64,000 nt of DNA from Candidatus Latescibacterota bacterium (lineage in GTDB: Bacteria; Latescibacterota; UBA2968; UBA8231). Position 1 is the first letter of the stretch, and each line of letters starts with the position of its first letter. The DNA is taken from contig CBDCDC010000002.1 in assembly GCA_965215195.1 (NCBI GenBank), positions 1,952,001 to 2,016,000 on the forward strand. The letters run 5' to 3'. Positions 57,765-64,000 of this stretch are shown here, one piece after another. Below the pieces are notes generated by a model that was given only the letters and a program-made list of their open reading frames with translations, had not been told where the DNA came from and did not search any database. The translations under genes were made by a program, and so were the position numbers.

Positions 57765-58838
57765 TCATCGGCCCATCAGCTCTTCATAGACCCCGCCCGC
57801 CTTGGCTTGGATGTTTTCGCCGTCAAAGGGATAGAGAACCCCCCAGAATAGAGCCCCGACCAGCATCAGACCGAGGTAGAACAACAAGATGCGGCGGCCC
57901 CAGACCGCCCCGAGCATGGTCAGAGTGGAAAACTTGGTGGCCGGGCCGGCAATGAAAAAGCCCAAAGCCGCCCCCGGACTCATGCCCATCTGCATCATGC
58001 TCTCGACAATGGGAATGCTGCCGCCGCCGCAGGCGTAGAGCGGCACCCCCAGAGCCACGGCCATGGGCACGGCCCAGACGCTGCCGGGGCCGACCAACGC
58101 CAGCACCAGATCTTGGGAGAGAAAGGTTTTTACCAAGGCGGCGATGAAGATCCCCAAGCCAAAGAACTTGGCGATGAAGAGTAGATCGCCGCGAAAGCGC
58201 TGCGCCAGTAGTCCTGCCTTAAAGGCCGGGTGACGCCCGATTGTCGCGCCTGAAGGCGTGGTGAATTCAGACGGCCCATCTGTCTTGGCTGTAGAGGATT
58301 CCGGAGGGATTGCCGTGCGGGTAGCGAACGTCAGGCGATGGCGCAGAGCGGACTGCGCTGCAAAACCGGCCAGCAGCCCCACGCTGGCCGCCGTGACCAG
58401 CCGGGCGACGGCCATTTCCATGCCGATAGCCCCAGCGGTGTACGCGAACAAGGAGGGGTTCATCAAGGGCGAGGCCACGACAAAGGCCACTAAGGGCGCG
58501 GCCGGTACGCCCATATTTATCAGGCGGCCGGCCACGGGAATGGCGGCAAAAGTGCATAGGGGCGAGATCAGGGCCAGCAGGGTCGCTGCCACAATGGAGC
58601 CGTTGGCCCGTTGCTGGAGGGTGCGGCGGATCCGAGTCTTAGGCAGATAGCGCCAAGCTAGGGTGCTGAACAGGGCCCCTAAGACCACAAAGTACCAAAG
58701 CTGGGCCGCCAAATCCCAGAAATTCGCCAAGACGCGCAGCGTGTAAGTATGCCGCAGGTAGTGCTCTGCAATGCTGGCGGCCTGCCAGAGCGGATGCGTC
58801 AGGTCGTGGTAAAGGGTTTGAATCCCTGCCACGCTCAA
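57765..58838 (-). CDS. Permease (ArsP/YcgR, DUF318 family)
   Basis: Duplicated motifs SPLCTFAAIP...FVVASPLMNP and PLYACGGGSIP...FFIAGPAT. Confidence 0.82.
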   Translation of the reverse strand: MSVAGIQTLYHDLTHPLWQAASIAEHYLRHTYTLRVLANFWDLAAQLWYFVVLGALFSTLAWRYLPKTRIRRTLQQRANGSIVAATLLALISPLCTFAAIPVAGRLINMGVPAAPLVAFVVASPLMNPSLFAYTAGAIGMEMAVARLVTAASVGLLAGFAAQSALRHRLTFATRTAIPPESSTAKTDGPSEFTTPSGATIGRHPAFKAGLLAQRFRGDLLFIAKFFGLGIFIAALVKTFLSQDLVLALVGPGSVWAVPMAVALGVPLYACGGGSIPIVESMMQMGMSPGAALGFFIAGPATKFSTLTMLGAVWGRRILLFYLGLMLVGALFWGVLYPFDGENIQAKAGGVYEELMGR

Positions 58839-60979
58839 CGGACCAAGGTCATGGGTCGGGTCTTGTGCAGATCACCGGCCTTGAGGACAGCGAAGTAGAT
58901 TCCGCTGGCCACATTGAACCCCGAGGCATTGCGCGCGTCCCACATCACCTCGTGATAGCCCGAAGCAACCTCTCCTTCCACTAGAGTGCAGATCCACTGG
59001 CCCGCCGCATTGTAGATATCCAACTTGGCGCGTCCTGCTTGGGGCAGGGCAAAGCGGATGCGGGTGATGGGATTGAATGGATTCGGGTAGTTCTCTAGCA
59101 GCACCGGTGCCTCCGGTAGAGGCTGGCTGGCGGCCGACTCTGCCACGGCCGTGGGGAGCTCGCCCGGCAGCAGGAATTCGATGCCGGGCAGGCGGTCCCC
59201 GTCTTGGTCCACCACGTGTGCGGCCAGCATGGTGTTCCCGGCCGAGCTGCCGATCTTGAAGAGCAGCCTGTTTTCCCCTTGTACTAGGCGAATCGGAACT
59301 TTCAGATCGGCCAAGCGGAAATTGCGCCGGGCGGGATCTTCGTGGACCACTGCGCCATTCAGCCAGACTTTGGCGTAGTCGCCGTAGCCGAGCCACAGGA
59401 AACCCTCCTGCGCCCGCGGTGCCTGCACTAGGGTGAAGGCGTAGTTGGCAATGTCCTGATCCTTGCCATTGAGGTCGCCCAGCGGCAGAATTTCAGCGGT
59501 GTAACCAAGGTGTTCCACCTGTGTCCACACCAAGTCGCCGGCCGGCTCGCCTTCTAAGGGGTATAGCAGGGCTTCGTTGGGCAGAGGCTCGGAACCCATA
59601 TCGCTACTGTTGGGAAACGGGCCAGCGACGAGCCAGCGCCGGATTCCGCGCCCGTAGAACGCGCCCCTGCGATTGCCGCCACGAGATTTGACGAAGTTGC
59701 GCTGTACGCTATCGGGTGTGCGCCCCGCCACTTGGATTCGGTTTAGATCAAAGGTGCCAAAGCCCTTGGCCGCTGCTAGGTAGAGATGCTCCAAGTCGAG
59801 TGGATTGAACCCCATGACCACGTTGGCCACGGCTTCGGTCGCCAATGGATCGCCGCCGGCTACCACCACGTTGTGCTGGACGTTTTGGCCCCACTGCGGT
59901 CCGTCGCCTTCGGTGCCCCAGAATCCCTCGATGACGGTATAGGCCGCCGGATTGTAGGAGAACAGGTCCACGTAGCCGTGCTCCGGATTGTTTTGGTAGT
60001 GCTGGCGCTTGGAGGTTCCATCGCCGTAGGCCCCTGAGGCGAGGGTGCCGACGTAGTTTTTGATGCCTAAGGTGGTGCCGTAGATAGTGGTCTTCATGGC
60101 GGCGATGGAAATTACTTTATCGGCGTCTAGGATCGGTTCGGGCATGAAGTAGCCTTCCTTGCGGAAGCGGCCGGTGCCCTCCACGTGGAAGCCGAACTGG
60201 GCACCTCGATAGCTGAGGCGCGTCACTCCCAAGCGCTGAATGGCTCCACCCGGAACCGGATCGAGGCGGAAGGGGGCGTAGTTGAGGTCGGAGGTGTCCA
60301 CCGCGGTGGAGACCCCCATGGCGGCGAACTCTTCTAGGATCCTGATGTACGAGAGATCGCCGAATTCGGGATAGGCTACGGACCAGCCATCTTCTTCTGC
60401 ATTGGTGGGAAAGCCAGGCTCGCCTTTGCGGGGAGATTCGGCCCCGCCCTCGGCAATGGTGATGCGCCGCGGCCCCACCTGCTCAATGAGGTAGTTAATC
60501 ACACTCTTCACCACCCGCAAATCCGTGATCTGGCCCGGGTGTTCAACGCCATTACTGTATTATGCCGAGGTGGGGTTTCCTCTGTTGGTCACCGTGTTGA
60601 CTTTGACGACGACCCAGTCGCTTGGCTCGACGACGGCGCGAATGGAGCGCTCCGATTGGTCTAGGTCTAGGGCGCGGCGGACGATGGCATCTACCTGCGC
60701 GAAGCTCAAGGAGGCGTTTAGGGCGGCCGGCGCGGCCAGTTCCGGGTAGCTCGAAGCGGCGACCGCTACGGTCGGGCTGCCCTCGCCCAAGGTGAGGGTG
60801 CCGGGGCGCAGGATGGGCAGGCCCTCTACCTGCAGAGGCTCTTGGGCTTGCTGCACTGATCTTGCCGTTCCGACGAAGAAGGTCTGCGCTTGGTGGGAGT
60901 AGATGTCCCAGCCGATCAGAGCACCGATCAGCAGGAACAGGGCCGAACTTGCAAGTTTGCGTTTTGTCATTTGGGGCAT
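58835..60979 (-). pseudogene. Exported DUF362-domain protein with FlgD-like C-terminal domain, interrupted by one in-frame TAA (60560-60562)
   Basis: VVVKVN...TSA*YSNGVEHPGQITDLRVV reads through in one frame; IAEG, TLGIKNYVG, EGDGP, DPLATE (DUF362); NYPNPFNP...WDARN...VASGIYF. Confidence 0.8.
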
Positions 60980-61153
60980 AACCAATTCTCCTGCATTTGA
61001 AGTTGGGACCGTGTGCAATCGGCGTCCGCACGGTCATGCGGTTTAATATAGCAATTTAGAATGAGTGGATCGGATTGCTCTTAGTACACGCCAGTAGAAG
61101 CGGTATGAGCCTGTCCTGAGCAAAGGCGAAGGGATGCGGTCTCACCTGCTTAG

Positions 61154-61306
61154 CTTACTACACGACACCAGCCCTCAGCCTGCCTAAGGATCGAGGGCAT
61201 CTTGCCCTCGGCGAGGGCGGGACGCCCGCGATCCCGGACCCAGCGGAAACAGCAGAAAAGGCGTACTCAAAGTAAGTGTCGCCTACTTTAGGTGTCGTGT
61301 ACTAAG
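61154..61306. mobile_element. MITE copy 2 with perfect 9-bp target-site duplication
   Basis: 16-bp TIR CTTACTACACGACACC / GGTGTCGTGTACTAAG (1 mismatch); CCTGCTTAG at both 61145-61153 and 61307-61315. Confidence 0.85.
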
Positions 61307-61315
61307 CCTGCTTAG

Positions 61316-61879
61316 TTACGGTACTTGGCGCAGTACTGAAAGTGATATTTGTTCCATCTTGATTTTTCCCCAACTCAACCTCTCGATTGCGGTATCGCCC
61401 GGGCTACGCACGTAGATTTCCACCTCGTAGAAGATGGTAGGGCCCAGCGTCCACAGTTCGAGGTTGTCGGCCGCAGTGTTCGGGGGAAAATAAATCTCGA
61501 TCCACTGGTCCACCGCCCGCGCATTCTCTTGGAGCAGGGCGGTTTGCACCCCTTCGGGTTCGCGCAAGGTGCCGGTCTCGTCTAGACGCCCGCCTAGATA
61601 GGCGCGGACCTCGTAGTTGTTGCCGATGGCACCGACGTAGATCCGCAGTTTTTTTAGTTGCAGCGGCTCCTCCCAAGCAAATACCAAAATTCCCTTGGTC
61701 GTCCAAGTAAAGGGTAGGGCATCCGCATCCTGGGGAACCTTGCCGTCCCCTAGAACATCAAGTTCGCCCTCGTGGGAATTCCAGATCGTAGCCCGAGTCA
61801 CGGCGTCGGGTGTGATATTGCGGCTGGCGGCTCCTAAAAAAAAGAGGACCGCAAAAATTGCTGGTATGACTATTCTCAT
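61316..61879 (-). CDS. Secreted hypothetical protein with C-terminal TAIERLSWGKIK motif
   Basis: N-terminal signal peptide; beta-rich core ending YEVEIY; terminal WGxIK motif. Confidence 0.7.
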   Translation of the reverse strand: MRIVIPAIFAVLFFLGAASRNITPDAVTRATIWNSHEGELDVLGDGKVPQDADALPFTWTTKGILVFAWEEPLQLKKLRIYVGAIGNNYEVRAYLGGRLDETGTLREPEGVQTALLQENARAVDQWIEIYFPPNTAADNLELWTLGPTIFYEVEIYVRSPGDTAIERLSWGKIKMEQISLSVLRQVP

Positions 61880-62044
61880 GTGGACGGTCTATGCCAAGGC
61901 GACTTCGATTCTATCCCTGATGAAGATGGCGCGGGACGGCATGTAGTGAAAGCCCCTCCTTGTAGTGGGGCGACCTTAGCAAGCACAAGCGGGGTTGTGA
62001 GCGGATACCCCTAAGTATATCTTGGGCGCAAAAGGAGGAGGGTT

Positions 62045-62359
62045 ATGCAAACAAACAAAACCGTTTCGCCAGCGGTGGGAACGCAGTTGCTCTTTGAGAA
62101 TGAGCGGGTGCGGGTTTGGGATCTGCGGCTGGCACCGGGCGAGAGTACGGGCCTGCACCGGCACGAGCACGACTACCTATACGTAGTTATTGGCGACGGT
62201 CGGTTGCAGGCGGCCGATGCAGAGGGAAACCGCGGCGAGGCTAGGGATATGCAGGATGGGGAGGTGCGGTTCAGCGCGCTCGAAGGGGAGGCGGTACACG
62301 AAGCGTTTAACGTCGGCGCAGGGCCGTGGCGGAATATCGTCGTCGAATTGAAGGACTGA
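62045..62359 (+). CDS. Cupin-domain protein
   Basis: AGGAGG RBS; FENERVRVW..L.PGE....HRH.HDY...H...NVG. Confidence 0.85.
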   Translation: MQTNKTVSPAVGTQLLFENERVRVWDLRLAPGESTGLHRHEHDYLYVVIGDGRLQAADAEGNRGEARDMQDGEVRFSALEGEAVHEAFNVGAGPWRNIVVELKD

Positions 62360-62370
62360 ACTGAGACCGC

Positions 62371-64000
62371 ATGGAACACCCCCAACTCAACTGGATCGCC
62401 AACTTTATCTGGAGCATTGCCGACGATGTGCTGCGCGACCTGTACGTGCGCGGCAAGTACCGCGACGTGATCTTACCCATGATCGTGTTGCGCCGCCTCG
62501 ACGCCGTACTCGAACCGACCAAGCAGGCCGTCCTCGCCACGAAGGACCTGCTTGACCAAGCCGAAATAATCGAACAGGATCAAACCCTGCGGCAGGCCGC
62601 TGGCCAAGCATTCTACAACACGTCCAAGTTCACTCTGCGCGATTTGCAGGCCCGCACTAGCCAGCAGCAACTCAGGACCGATTTCGAGGCTTATCTCGAT
62701 GGCTTTTCGCCCAACGTCCAAGACATCCTTGACCACTTTGAGTTCCGCAACCAGATCCCCCGCTTGTCGAAGGCCGACGCGCTCGGTACGCTGATCGAGA
62801 AGTTACTCGCGCCTGACATCAACCTCAGCCCGAATCCGATGCTGCATCTAGACGGCTCAGTAAAGCACCCCGGCCTTGACAACCACGGCATGGGGACGGT
62901 TTTCGAGGAGTTGGTGCGGCGTTTCAACGAGGAGAACAACGAAGAAGCGGGCGAGCACTGGACCCCACGCGACGCCGTCAAACTCATGGCAAAGCTGATC
63001 TTTTTGCCCATCGCCGACCAAATTGAGTCCGGCACGTACCTATTGTACGATGGGGCCTGCGGCACCGGCGGTATGCTGACTGTGGCGGAGGATACCCTTC
63101 AGCAACTTGCCGTCGAGCACGGCAAGCAGGTCTCCACCCACCTATACGGCCAAGAGATCAACGCCGAAACCTATGCTATCTGCAAGGCGGACCTGCTGCT
63201 CAAGGGCGAAGGCGAAGCGGCGGATAACATTATCGGCGGGCCGGCGCACTCAACTTTAGCCAACGACGCCTTTCGAGGGCATGAGTTCGACTTCATGCTC
63301 TCCAATCCGCCGTATGGCAAGAGTTGGAAAAGCGACCAAGAGCGAATGGGCGGGAAGTCGGGGCTTGGGGATCCGCGTTTTGTCATTGAGCACAACGACG
63401 ACCCTGAGTACTCGCTCATCACCCGCTCGAGCGATGGTCAGATGCTTTTCTTGGTCAACATGCTGAGCAAGATGAAGCAAGATACCCGGCTCGGCAGTCG
63501 CATCGCCGAAGTCCACAACGGATCGTCGCTATTCACCGGCGACGCCGGCCAAGGCGAGAGCAACATCCGTCGCTGGATCGTCGAGAACGACTATCTCGAA
63601 GCGATTGTCGCCTTGCCGCTCAACATGTTCTACAATACCGGCATTGCCACCTATATCTGGGTGCTCAGCAACCGCAAGCCGGCGCACCGCCAAGGCAAGG
63701 TGCAGCTCATCGATGCCACGGAGTGGTACAAGCCGTTGCGCAAAAACTTGGGCAAGAAGAATTGCGAGCTGTCGGACGAGGACATTCAGCGCATCTGCGA
63801 TACCTTTCTCGCCTTTGAGGAGACCGAGCAGTCGAAGATCTTCGACAATCAGGCCTTCGGCTACTGGAAGGTGACGGTTGAGCGGCCCTTGCGTTTGGCG
63901 GTCGATTTGTCATCCGAGTGCCGCGACCGCTTCCGCGCCGCCTGTGAGGAGGCCAAAGAAGAACCCCTCGCGTACGTCATCGACCGGGTGGCAGAGGTGT
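62371..64000 (+). CDS. hsdM: Type I restriction-modification methyltransferase subunit M (runs off the window)
   Basis: Manual translation MEHPQLNWIANFIWSIADDVLRD...GEHWTPRD...YDGACGTGGML...YGQE...SNPPYGKSWK...MFYNTGIATY; open to the window end, so absent from the ORF track. Confidence 0.93.
   Translation, partial: MEHPQLNWIANFIWSIADDVLRDLYVRGKYRDVILPMIVLRRLDAVLEPTKQAVLATKDLLDQAEIIEQDQTLRQAAGQAFYNTSKFTLRDLQARTSQQQLRTDFEAYLDGFSPNVQDILDHFEFRNQIPRLSKADALGTLIEKLLAPDINLSPNPMLHLDGSVKHPGLDNHGMGTVFEELVRRFNEENNEEAGEHWTPRDAVKLMAKLIFLPIADQIESGTYLLYDGACGTGGMLTVAEDTLQQLAVEHGKQVSTHLYGQEINAETYAICKADLLLKGEGEAADNIIGGPAHSTLANDAFRGHEFDFMLSNPPYGKSWKSDQERMGGKSGLGDPRFVIEHNDDPEYSLITRSSDGQMLFLVNMLSKMKQDTRLGSRIAEVHNGSSLFTGDAGQGESNIRRWIVENDYLEAIVALPLNMFYNTGIATYIWVLSNRKPAHRQGKVQLIDATEWYKPLRKNLGKKNCELSDEDIQRICDTFLAFEETEQSKIFDNQAFGYWKVTVERPLRLAVDLSSECRDRFRAACEEAKEEPLAYVIDRVAEV

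Noticed and set aside
60560-60562. Selenocysteine or pyrrolysine recoding in the DUF362 gene
   Set aside because: The stop is TAA, not TGA or TAG, and TAA terminates many genes in this window
61111-61134. CTGTCCTGAGCAAAGGCGAAGGGA as an ncRNA or riboswitch
   Set aside because: It resembles a common short intergenic repeat, occurs once here, and shows no supportable aptamer structure
57237-61306. Two MITE copies as ends of a composite transposon carrying the permease and DUF362 genes
   Set aside because: Each copy has its own different 9-bp TSD, which indicates independent insertions

Overview
High-GC bacterial chromosome segment. The lineage cannot be fixed from sequence alone, but FlgD-type and 'TA..SWGxIK' C-terminal tags, tandem sulfatases and PhyH suggest a Latescibacterota/Poribacteria-like organism, possibly host-associated (inference). 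1-24.8 kb (minus strand) is the core translation/transcription supercluster: spc and S10 operons (rplC/L3 is absent), tuf-fusA-rpsG-rpsL, rpoC-rpoB, rplL-rplJ-rplA-rplK-nusG-secE, tRNA-Trp, rpmG, tRNA-Thr, tRNA-Gly and greA. RpoB has non-canonical residues at rifampicin-contact positions. 25-31 kb (plus strand) is an sbcD-sbcC-ygfZ operon ending in a fingerless, catalytically dead DinB paralogue that keeps its clamp motif. 32.4-43.7 kb is a putative defence island and the best candidate for an undescribed system: PLD-SNF2 helicase, Eco57I/type IIG-like N6A methyltransferase, PrrC/RloC-like ABC-ATPase-HEPN protein, TIR protein (these four overlap) and an AAA_14/DUF4143 ATPase. The rest is accessory and eroding: RidA-like protein, FAD/Fe-S oxidoreductase, a deletion mosaic of RND permease genes, RNase D, MFS, two sulfatases, a phyH-like gene split by a ~1 kb insert, a MITE with 9-bp TSDs (two copies plus an empty site), REP-like palindromes, a permease, a DUF362 gene with one in-frame TAA, a cupin and the 5' part of a type I HsdM. 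All calls come from reading motifs by eye; no database searches were run.
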